A stretch of 64,000 nt of DNA, taken from contig OZ024766.1 of assembly GCA_964016885.1 (NCBI GenBank), forward strand, positions 13,144,001-13,208,000. Direction: 5' to 3'. The notes under the pieces were generated by a model. That model was given only the letters and a program-made list of their open reading frames with translations. It made no database searches and was not told the origin of the DNA. Of the stretch, positions 1 to 10,600 are shown piece after piece. Position 1 is the first letter of the stretch; each line of letters begins with the position of its first letter. This DNA is from Eledone cirrhosa (Eukaryota). The position numbers were made by a program, and so were the translations under genes.

Positions 1-820
1 ATTACATGTGGGGCTGGAGGGACAGTGGGATTGCATTACATGTGGGGCTGGAGGGACAGTGGCAGTGGATTACATGTGGGGCTGGAGGGACAGTGGCAGT
101 GGATTACATGTGGGGCTGGAGGGACAGTGGGATTGCATTACATGTGGGGCTGGAGGGACAGTGGCAGTGGATTACATGTGGGGCTGGAGGGACAGTGCCA
201 GTGGATTACATGTGGGGCTGGAGGGACAGTGGGAGTGCATTACATGTGGGGCTGGAGGGACAGTGGCAGTGGATTACATGTGGGGCTGGAGGGACAGTGG
301 CAGTGGATTACATGTGGGGCTGGAGGGACAGTGGGATTGCATTACATGTGGGGCTGGAGGGACAGTGGGAGTGGATTACATGTGGGGCTGGAGGGACAGT
401 GGCAGTGGATTACATGTGGGGCTGGAGGGACAGTGGGAGTGCATTACATGTGGGGCTGGAGGGACAGTGGGAGTGCATTACATGTGGGGCTGGAGGGACA
501 GTGGGATTGCATTACATGTGGGGCTGGAGGGACAGTGGCAGTGGATTACATGTGGGGCTGGAGGGACAGTGGGAGTGCATTACATGTGGGGCTGGAGGGA
601 CAGTGGGATTGCATTACATGTGGGGCTGGAGGGACAGTGGCAGTGGATTACATGTGGGGCTGGAGGGACAGTGGGAGTGCATTACATGTGGGGCTGGAGG
701 GACAGTGGGAGTGCATTACATGTGGGGCTGGAGGGACAGTGGGAGTGCATTACATGTGGGGCTGGAGGGACAGTGGGAGTGCATTACATGTGGGGCTGGA
801 GGGACAGTGGGAGTGCATTA
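1..820 (+). repeat. 34-bp minisatellite array (~24 units, continues off the left edge)
   Basis: Unit ATTACATGTGGGGCTGGAGGGACAGTGGGAGTGC repeated head-to-tail with minor variants (GATTGC/GAGTGC/CAGTGG). Confidence 0.98.
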
Positions 821-850
821 TACCGTGCAACGCCGGGTACCACTGCTAGT
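821..850 (+). mobile_element. Helitron-like 3' terminus (subterminal hairpin + CTAG|T)
   Basis: TACCGTGCAACGCCGGGTAC forms an imperfect GC-rich hairpin followed a few nt later by CTAG (846-849) and T, the canonical Helitron 3' end layout. No 5' end is visible. Confidence 0.5.
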
Positions 851-894
851 ATGTCAAAACGGGGGCCCTACATATATAATGTCTCTATTTTCAG

Positions 895-953
895 ATGGTA
901 TCCGACATATTGCCAGCTACTTCATCCAGCAAACACGTTTCCACATGAAGAAG
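895..953 (+). CDS. Candidate internal coding exon (59 nt) of an unidentified gene: xGIRHIASYFIQQTRFHMKK
   Basis: Pyrimidine-rich acceptor TCTCTATTTTCAG and consensus donor AAG|GTGAGT around a unique, stop-free segment between repeat arrays. It ends in phase 0, compatible with the 6904 exon. Confidence 0.7.
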
Positions 954-957
954 GTGA

Positions 958-1235
958 GTAGAGGTAGGTGGGGGACATGGGAGGGAGGGAGGTGGGTAAC
1001 TGGGGGATATGGGGGGGAGTAAGTGGGTAACGGGAGACATGGGACGGGGTAACTGGGGGACATGGGAGAGAGAATGGTGGCTAACTGGGGCACATGGGAG
1101 GGGCGTAGAGGGGTAACTGGGAGACGTGAGAGGGAGGGAGGTGGGGGACATGGGTAGGTGGGTAACTGGAGGACATGGGAGGGAGGAAGGTGGGTAACTG
1201 GGGGATATGTGAGGGTGGGATGGGGAGGCCTGGGA
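958..1235 (+). repeat. Degenerate G-rich tandem repeat (GGGTAACTGGGGGACATGGGAGGG-like)
   Basis: Recurrent GGGTAACTGG and GACATGGG motifs with dense G3-G7 runs. Confidence 0.85.
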
Positions 1236-1274
1236 GTTTTTTGTTTGTGAAGGTGGTGGTGTGCTACATATACC

Positions 1275-4200
1275 ACTCTCTCCAGCCCCACATGTAATGC
1301 ACTCCCACTGTCCCTCCAGCCCCACATGTAATGCAATCCCACTGTCCCTCCAGCCCCACATGTAATGTACTCCCACTGTCCCTCCAGCCCCACATGTAAT
1401 GCACTCCCACTGTCTCTCCAGCCCCACATGTAATGCAATCCCACTGTCCCTCCAGCCCCACATGTAATGCACTCCCACTGTCACTCCAGCCCCACATGTA
1501 ATCCACTCCCATTGTCTCTCCAGCCACACATGTAATGCACTCCCACTGTCTCTCCAGCCCCACATGTAATGCAATCCCACTGTCCCTCCAGCCCCACATG
1601 TAATGCACTCCCACTGTCACTCCAGCCCCACATGTAATCCACTCCCATTGTCTCTCCAGCCCCACATGTAATGCACTCCCACTGTCCCTCCAGCCCCACA
1701 TGTAATCCACTCCCACTGTCTCTCCAGCCCCACATGTAATCCACTCCCACTGTCCCTCCAGCCCCACATGTAATGCACTCCCACTGTCTCTCCAGCCCCA
1801 CATGTAATGCAATCCCAGTACCTCCAGCCCCACATGTAATGCACTCCCACTGTCCCTCCAGCCCCACATGTAATGCACTCCCACTGTCCCTCCAGCCCCA
1901 CATGTAATGCACTCCCACTGTCTCTCCAGCCCCACATGTAATGCAATCCCAGTCCCTCCACCCCCACATGTAATGCACTCCCACTGTCCCTCCAGCCCCA
2001 CATGTAATGCACTCCCACTGTCCCTCCAGCCCCACATGTAATGCACTCCCACTGTCCCTCCAGCCCCACATGTAATACACTCCCACTGTCCCTCCAGCCC
2101 CACATGTATTCCACTCCCACTGTCCCTCCAGCCCCACATGTAATGCACTCCCACTGTCCCTCCAGCCCCACATGTAATCCACTCCCACTGTCCCTCCAGC
2201 CCCACATGTAATGCACTCCCACTGTCTCTCCAGCCCCACATGTAATGCAATCCCACTGTCCCTCCACTCCCACATGTAATGCAATCCCACTGTCCCTCCA
2301 TCCCCACATGTAATGCAATCCCACTGTCCCTCCAGCCCCACATGTAATGCAATCCCACTGTCCCTCCATCCCCACATGTAATGCACTCCCACTGTCCCTC
2401 CAGCCCCACATGTAATCCACTCCCACTGTCCCTCCAGCCCCACATGTAATGCAATCCCACTGTCCCTCCAGCCCCACATGTAATGCACTCCCACTGTCCC
2501 TCCAGCCCCACATGTAATCCACTCCCACTGTCCCTCCAGCCCCACATGTAATCCACTCCCACTGTCTCTCCAGCCCCACATGTAATCCACTCCCATTGTC
2601 TCTCCAGCCACACATGTAATGCACTCCCACTGTCTCTCCAGCCCCACATGTAATGCAATCCCACTGTCCCTCCAGCCCCACATGTAATGCACTCCCACTG
2701 TCACTCCAGCCCCACATGTAATCCACTCCCATTGTCTCTCCAGCCCCACATGTAATGCACTCCCACTGTCCCTCCAGCCCCACATGTAATCCACTCCCAC
2801 TGTCTCTCCAGCCCCACATGTAATCCACTCCCACTGTCCCTCCAGCCCCACATGTAATGCACTCCCACTGTCTCTCCAGCCCCACATGTAATGCAATCCC
2901 AGTACCTCCAGCCCCACATGTAATGCACTCCCACTGTCCCTCCAGCCCCACATGTAATGCACTCCCACTGTCCCTCCAGCCCCACATGTAATGCACTCCC
3001 ACTGTCTCTCCAGCCCCACATGTAATGCAATCCCAGTCCCTCCACCCCCACATGTAATGCACTCCCACTGTCCCTCCAGCCCCACATGTAATGCACTCCC
3101 ACTGTCCCTCCAGCCCCACATGTAATGCACTCCCACTGTCCCTCCAGCCCCACATGTAATACACTCCCACTGTCCCTCCAGCCCCACATGTATTCCACTC
3201 CCACTGTCCCTCCAGCCCCACATGTAATGCACTCCCACTGTCCCTCCAGCCCCACATGTAATCCACTCCCACTGTCCCTCCAGCCCCACATGTAATGCAC
3301 TCCCACTGTCTCTCCAGCCCCACATGTAATGCAATCCCACTGTCCCTCCACTCCCACATGTAATGCAATCCCACTGTCCCTCCATCCCCACATGTAATGC
3401 AATCCCACTGTCCCTCCAGCCCCACATGTAATGCAATCCCACTGTCCCTCCATCCCCACATGTAATGCACTCCCACTGTCCCTCCAGCCCCACATGTAAT
3501 CCACTCCCACTGTCCCTCCAGCCCCACATGTAATGCAATCCCACTGTCCCTCCAGCCCCACATGTAATGCACTCCCACTGTCCCTCCAGCCCCACATGTA
3601 ATCCACTCCCACTGTCCCTCCAGCCCCACATGTAATGCACTCCCACTGTCCCTCCAGCCCCACATGTAATCCACTCCCACTGTCCCTCCAGCCCCACATG
3701 TAATGCACTCCCACTGTCCCTCCAGCCCCACATGTAATGCACTCCCACTGTCCCTCCAGCCCCACATGTAATGCACTCCCACTGTCCCTCCAGCCCCACA
3801 TGTAATGCACTCCCACTGTCCCTCCAGCCCCACATGTACTGCACTCCCACTGTCCCTCCATCCCCACATGTAATCCACTCCCACTGTCCCTCCAGCCCCA
3901 CATGTAATGCACTCCCACTGTCCCTCCAGCCCCACATGTAATGCACTCCCACTGTCCCTCCAGCCCCACATGTAATCCACTCCCACTGTCCCTCCAGCCC
4001 CACATGTAATGCACTCCCACTGTCCCTCCAGCCCCACATGTAATGCACTCCCACTGTCCCTCCAGCCCCACATGTAATCCACTCCCACTGTCCCTCCAGC
4101 CCCACATGTAATCCACTCCCACTGTCCCTCCAGCCCCACATGTAATGCACTCCCACTGTCCCTCCAGCCCCACATGTAATGCACTCCCACTGTCCCTCCA

Positions 4201-5137
4201 GTCCCACATGTACTGCACTCCCACTGTCCCTCCAGCCCCACATGTAATCCACTCCCACTGTCCCTCCAGCCCCACATGTAATGCACTCCCACTGTCCCTC
4301 CAGCCCCACATGTAATCCACTCCCACTGTCCCTCCAGCCCCACATGTAATCCACTCCCAATGTCCCTCCAGCCCCACATGTAATGCAATCCCACTGTCCC
4401 TCCAGCCCCACATGTAATGCAATCCCACTGTCTCTCCAGCCCCACATGTAATGCACTCCCACTGTCTCTCCAGCCCCGCATGTAATGCACTCCCACTGTC
4501 ACTCCAGCCCCACATGTAATGCAATCCCACTGTCCCTCCAGCCCCACATGTAATGCAATCCCACTGTCCCTCCAGCCCCACATGTAATGCAATCCCACTG
4601 TCCCTCCAGCCCCACATGTAATGCAATCCCACTGTCCCTCCAGCCCCACATGTAATGCAATCCCACTGTCCCTCCAGCCCCACATGTAATCCAATCCCAC
4701 TGTCCCTCCAGCCCCACATGTAATGCACTCCCACTGTCCTTCCAGCCCCACATGTAATGCAATCCCACTGTCCCTCCAGCCCCACATGTAATTCACTCCA
4801 ACTGTCCCTCCAGCCCCACATGTAATGCAATCCCACTGTCCCTCCAGCCCCACATGTAATCCACTCCCACTGTCCCTCCAGTCCCACATGTAATGCAATC
4901 CCACTGTCCCTCCAGCCCCACATGTAATCCACTCCCACTGTCCCTCCAGCCCCACATGTAATCCACTCCCACTGTCCCTCCAGCCCCACATGTAATCCAC
5001 TCCCACTGTCCCTCCAGCCCCACATGTAATGCACTCCCACTGTCCCTCCAGCCCCACATGTAATCCACTGCCACTGTCCCTCCAGCCCCACATGTAATCC
5101 ACTCCCACTGTCCCTCCAGCCCCACATGTAATGCAAT
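1275..5137 (-). repeat. 34-bp minisatellite array (~113 units), reverse complement of the 1-820 array
   Basis: Unit CTCCAGCCCCACATGTAATGCACTCCCACTGTCC. Contains a 1084-bp higher-order duplication (marker CCCAGTACC with AGTA at 1817 and 2901). Confidence 0.98.
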
Positions 5138-5139
5138 CC

Positions 5140-5262
5140 CTGGGGATTTCGATTGTTAAATTTGTTTGTTTCAATATTTTTACACGACTCTATGTAAAAT
5201 CCCCGGCATGTGTCTTTGTATTGACCCCTTTTCTTGTGCGCCCTTGTGGCAAATATAGAAAT
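5140..5262 (+). mobile_element. Possible L1/Tx1-type LINE 3' UTR remnant
   Basis: Ends GCCCTTGTGGCAAATATAGAAAT, resembling the 3' end of the L1/Tx1 copy at 53057-53079 (GCCCTTGTGTCCAATAAAGAAAT). Confidence 0.35.
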
Positions 5263-5265
5263 ATA

Positions 5266-6190
5266 TCATCATCATAATTTTACGTCCACTTTTCCCTGCT
5301 TGCAAGGGTGGGACGGGAACTGATTCTGGCTTGATTTCTACAGCTGGATGCCCTTCCTAACACCAACCTCGTTTACAGTGAGTGCTAGGTGCTTTTTTGC
5401 CGTGGCACCTCCACGACCACTTTACAGTGAGTGCTGGGTGCTTTTTTGCCGTGGCACCTCCACGACCACTTTACAGTGAGTGCTGGGTGCTTTTTTGCCG
5501 TGGCACCTCCACGACCACTTTACAGTGTGGGCTGGGTGCTTTTTAGCCGTGGCACCTCCACGACCACTTTACAGTGAGTGCTGGGTGCTTTTTAGCCGTG
5601 GCACCTCCACGACCACTTTACAGTGAGTGCTGGGTGCTTTTTTGCTGTAGCACCTCCACGACCACTTTACAGTGAGTGCTGGGTGCTTTTTTGCCGTGGC
5701 ACCTCCACGACCACTTTACAGTGAGTGCTGGGTGCTTTCTTGCCGTGGCACCTCCACGACCACTTTACAGTGAGTGCTGGGTGCTTTTTTGCCGTGGCAC
5801 CTCCACGACCACTTTACAGTGAGTGCTGGGTGCTTTTTTGCCGTGGCACCTCCACGACCACTTTACAGTGAGTGCTGGGTGCTTTTTTGCCGTGGCACCT
5901 CCACGACCACTTTACAGTGAGTGCTGGGTGCTTTTTTGCCGTGGCACCTCCACGACCACTTTACAGTGAGTGCTGGGTGCTTTTTTGCCGTGGCACCTCC
6001 ACAACCACTTTACAGTGGAATGATAGGGACCCCAGTCCCTCTCATCTCATTTCTACAGCTGTGTAAACTGGAGCAATGTGAAATAAAGTGTCTTGCTCAA
6101 GGAAACAACACATCACCTGGTCTGAGAATTGAACTCACAACCTTTCGATTGCCAGGCCAATGCTCTAACCACTAAGCCATGTGCCTCCAT
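5266..6190 (-). mobile_element. tRNA-derived SINE with internal 49-bp VNTR (13 units) and RTE-type 3' tail
   Basis: Minus strand: A box TGGCTTAGTGG, B box GAGTTCAATTC, central TCCTTGAGCAAGACACTT domain, 13 x 49 bp (5381-6017), tail CCCGTCCCACCCTTGCAAGCAGGGAAAAGTGGACGTAAAA then (TGA)n. Sister copy at 31742-32483. Confidence 0.88.
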
Positions 6191-6275
6191 GGCGTATGTT
6201 ATATCATAACTGGAAGTGTTGACAATCAAGAGCTACGAAATTTGGTAGATAAATTATGTAATAATCATTCATTAC

Positions 6276-6783
6276 GGTGGATTGGAAGTATCAGTAGAGG
6301 GTCGGACACCATGCTTTGACGCATAGAGTTATGGCACTTTAGGTTCTGAGTTCAAATCCCGCCGAGGTTAACTTTGCCTTTCATCCTTACAGGGTCGATA
6401 AAATAAAGTACCAGTAATGTACTGGGGTAATTGCTGGCCTTGTGCCCCCAAAAGTAGAAACAATTATTACAGGGTTGATAAAATAAAGTACCAGTAATGT
6501 ACTGGGGTAATTGCTGGCCTTGTGCCAAAAATGGAAACAATTATTACAGGGTCGATAAAATAAAGTACCAGTAATGTACTGGGGTAATTGCTGGCCTTGT
6601 GCCCCCAAAAGTAGAAACAATTATTACAGGGTTGATAAAATAAAGTACCAGTAATGTACTGGGGTAATTGCTGGCCTTGTGCCCCCAAAAGTAGAAACAA
6701 TTATTACAGGGTTGATAAAATAAAGTACCAGTAATGTACTGGAGTAATTGCTGGCCTTGTGCCAACAGTAGAAACAATTATTT
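6276..6783 (+). mobile_element. Second tRNA-derived SINE family, 3' ~80 bp amplified five times
   Basis: B box GAGTTCAAATCC, then TTTGCCTTTCATCC..GGGTCGATAAAATAAAGTACCAG. The ~77-80-bp tail unit starts at ~6389, 6469, 6546, 6626 and 6706. Homologous to 49911-50110 and 53620-53812. Confidence 0.88.
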
Positions 6784-6903
6784 ATTCAAAGTAATCCAAC
6801 TTATTTTACTAACGGGATAAACAAATATATTCGGGTCTCAGCCTCACACTCCTTGTATTGTATTATGATTATTATTGTTGTTGTTGTTGTTATTGTTTTA
6901 CAG

Positions 6904-6959
6904 ATGAAAGGAACCAACGACAGTGATTCATATCCACTGAATTTCGAAGAGAATGAATG
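6904..6959 (+). CDS. Candidate internal coding exon (56 nt): MKGTNDSDSYPLNFEENE(W/C)
   Basis: T-rich acceptor TTGTTATTGTTTTACAG, donor TG|GTATGT, open in phase 0 and in frame with the 895-953 exon. Confidence 0.65.
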
Positions 6960-7021
6960 GTATGTAAAAATTTCATATGTACCCACTTGCCAAGTAAGGT
7001 CCCTTCAGTTCTGTTAACGAC

Positions 7022-7552
7022 CAACCTCCCTAGTGCTGGTGACACACCCAGTACACTCTGTCAAGTGGTTGATGGTATACATCCAGCCATAGAAAACTTG
7101 CCAAACTAAGAGATGGGAGGAGCCAGTGGTTGGTGTTAGGATGAGTATCATGTTGTAGAAAACCTGCTAAATAAAGGGTCAAGGACATGACAACCTCCCT
7201 AGTGTTGGTGCCACACCCAGTACACTCTGTCAAGTGGTTGATGGTATACATCCAGCCATAGAAAACTTGCCAAACTAAGAGATGGGAGGAGCCAGTGGTT
7301 GGTGTTAGGATGAGTATCATGCTGTAGAAAACCTGCTAAATAAAGGGTCAAGGACATGACAACCTCCCTAGTGTTGGTGCCACACCCAGTACACTCTGTC
7401 AAGTGGTTGATGGTATACATCCAGCAATAGAAAACTTGCCAAACTAAGAGATGGGAGGAGCCAGTGGTTGGTGTTAGGATGAGTATCATGCTGTAGAAAA
7501 CCTGCTAAATAAAGGGTCAAGGACATGACAACCTCCCTAGTGTGGGTGCCAC
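7022..7552 (+). repeat. 169-bp tandem repeat (3.1 units) derived from degenerate SINE body sequence
   Basis: CAACCTCCCTAGTG recurs at 7022, 7191, 7360 and 7529. The unit contains GTGGTTGGTGTTAGGA and CATCCAGCCATAGAAAAC motifs like those in the SINEs at 29381 and 31742. Confidence 0.85.
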
Positions 7553-7671
7553 TATAAAATACATTCTGTTGAGCGTTAAGACATATGTAAGCGAGATGCT
7601 GACCACTGCTCTGTTTGGGCACCCAGTAGAGTGTGAGTATGTAAGAAAGGAAGATTGAGGTCTCCACTTCA

Positions 7672-10600
7672 TCTGAGAGGTCAGTGGCTCTCTCTGATTG
7701 AGTAGTGACCTGGTCCGTGATGACCTGTCTGAGAGGTCAGTACTCTCTGAGTAGTGACCTGTCCGAGAGGTCAGTACTCTCTCTGAGTACTGACCTGGTC
7801 TGTGATGACCTGTCCGAGAGGTCAGTACTCTCTGAGTAGTGACCTGGTCTGTGATGACCTGTCTGAGAGGTCAGTACTCTCTGAGTAGTGACCTGGTCTG
7901 TGATGACCTGTCCGAGAGGTCAGTACTCTCTGAGTAGTGACCTGGTCTGTGATGACCTGTCCGAGAGGTCAGTACTCTCTGAGTAGTGACCTGGTCTGTG
8001 ATGACCTGTCCGAGAGGTCAGTGACTCTCTCTGAGTAGTGACCTGGTCTGTGATGACCTGTCCGAGAGGTCAGTACTCTCTCTGAGTAGTGACCTGGTCT
8101 GTGATGACCTGTCCGAGAGGTCAGTACTCTCTCTGAGTACTGACCTGGTCTGTGATGACATGTCCGAGAGGTCAGTACTCTCTGAGTAGTGACCTGGTCT
8201 GTGATGACCTGTCCGAGAGGTCAGTGACTCTCTCTGAGTAGTGACCTGGTCTGTGATGACCTGTCCGAGAGGTCAGTACTCTCTGAGTAGTGACCTGGTC
8301 TGTGATGACCTGTCCGAGAGGTCAGTGACTCTCTCTGAGTAGTGACCTGGTCTGTGATGACCTGTCCGAGAGGTCAGTGACCTGGTCTGTGATGACCTGT
8401 CTGAGAGGTCAGTGACTCTCTCTGAGTAGTGACCTGGTCTGTGATGACCTGTCCGAGAGGTCAGTACTCTCTGAGTAGTGACCTGGTCTGTGATGACCTG
8501 TCCGAGAGGTCAGTACTCTCTGAGTAGTGACCTGGTCTGTGATGACCTGTCCGAGAGGTCAGTGACTCTCTCTGAGTAGTGACCTGGTCTGTGATGACCT
8601 GTCCGAGAGGTCAGTGACTCTGAGTAGTGACCTGGTCTGTGATAACCTGTCCGAGAGGTCAGTACTCTCTGAGTAGTGACCTGGTCTGTGATGACCTGTC
8701 CGAGAGGTCAGTGACTCTCTCTGAGTAGTGACCTGGTCTGTGATGACCTGTCCGAGAGGTCAGTGGCTCTCTCTGAGTAGTGACCTGGTCTGTGATGACC
8801 TGTCCGAGAGGTCAGTACTCTCTAAGTAGTGACCTGGTCTGTGATGACCTGTATGAGAGGTCAGTGACTCTCTCTGAGTAGTGACCTGGTCTGTGATGAC
8901 CTGTCCGAGAGGTCAGTGGCTCTCTCTGAGTACTGACCTGGTCTGTGATGACCTGTCCGAGAGGTCAATGGCTCTCTCTGAGTAGTGACCTGGTCTGTGA
9001 TGACCTGTCCGAGAGGTCAGTACTCTCTGAGTAGTGACCTGGTCTGTGATGACCTGTCCGAGAGGTCAGTACTCTCTGAGTAGTGACCTGTCCGAGAGGT
9101 CAGTGACCTTCTCTGAGTAGTGACCTGGTCTGTGATGACCTGTCCGATAGGTCAGTGCTCTCTGAGTAGTGACCTGGTCTGTGATGACCTGTCCGAGAGG
9201 TCAGTGGCTCTCTGAGTAGTGACCTGTCTGAGAGGTCAGTACTCTCTGAGTAGTGACCTGGTCTGTGATGACCTGTCCGAGAGGTCAGTACTCTCTGAGT
9301 AGTGACCTGGTCTGTGATGACCTGTCCGAGAGGTCAGTGGCTCTCTCTGAGTAGTGACCTGGTCTGTGATGACCTGTCCGAGAGGTCATTACTCTCTGAG
9401 TAGTGACCTGGTCTGTGATGACCTGTATGAGAGGTCAGTGACTCTCTCTGAGTAGTGACCTGGTCTGTGATGACCTGTCCGAGACGTCAGTGGCTCTCTC
9501 TGAGTACTGACCTGGTCTGTGATGACCTGTCCGAGAGGTCAATGGCTCTCTCTGAGTAGTGACCTGGTCTGTGATGACCTGTCCGAGAGGTCAGTACTCT
9601 CTGAGTAGTGACCTGGTCTGTGATGACCTGTCCGAGAGGTCAGTGACTCTGAGTAGTGACCTGGTCTGTGATGACCTGTCCGAGAGGTCAGTGCTCTCTG
9701 AGTAGTGACCTGGTCTGTGATGACCTGTCCGAGAGGTCAGTGGCTCTCTGAGTAGTGACCTGTCTGAGAGGTCAGTACTCTCTGAGTAGTGACCTGGTCT
9801 GTGATGACCTGTCCGAGAGGTCAGTACTCTCTCTGAGTAGTGACCTGGTCTGTGATGACCTGTCTGAGAGGTCAGTGGCTCTCTCTGAGTAGTGACCTGG
9901 TCTGTGATGACCTGTCTGAGAGGTCAGTACTCTCTGAGTAGTGACCTGGTCTGTGATGACCTGTTCGAGAGGTCAGTACTCTCTCTGAGTAGTGACCTGG
10001 TCTGTGATGACCTGTCCGAGAGGTCAGTGCCTCTCTCTGAGTACTGACCTCGTCTGTGATGACCTGTCTGAGAGGTCAGTGGCTCTCTCTGAGTAGTGAC
10101 CTGGTCTGTGATGACCTGTCCGAGAGGTCAGTACTCTCTGAGTAGTGACCCGGTCAGTGCCTCTCTCTGAGTAGTGACCTGGTCTGTGATGACCTGTCCG
10201 AGAGGTCAGTGCCTCTCTCTGAGTACTGACCTGTCTGAGAGGTCAGTGGCTCTCTCTGAGTAGTGACCTGGTCTGTGATGACCTGTCCGAGAGGTCAGTA
10301 CTCTCTGAGTAGTGACCCGGTCAGTGCCTCTCTCTGAGTAGTGACCTGGTCTGTGATGACGTGTCCGAGAGGTCAGTGCCTCTCTCTGAGTACTGACCTG
10401 GTCTGTGATGACCTGTCTGAGAGGTCAGTGGCTCTCTCTGAGTAGTTACCTGGTCTGTGATGACCTGTCCGAGAGGTCAGTACTCTCTGAGTAGTGACCC
10501 GGTCAGTGCCTCTCTCTGAGTAGTGACCTGGTCTGTGATGACCTGTCCGAGAGGTCAGTACTCTGAGTAGTGACCTGGTCTGTGATCTGTCCGAGAGGTC

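Noticed and set aside
6-5174. Long Trp/Gly-rich ORFs (up to 1185 aa)
   Set aside because: All three frames give the same peptide because a stop-free 34-bp unit cycles through frames; repeat artefact.
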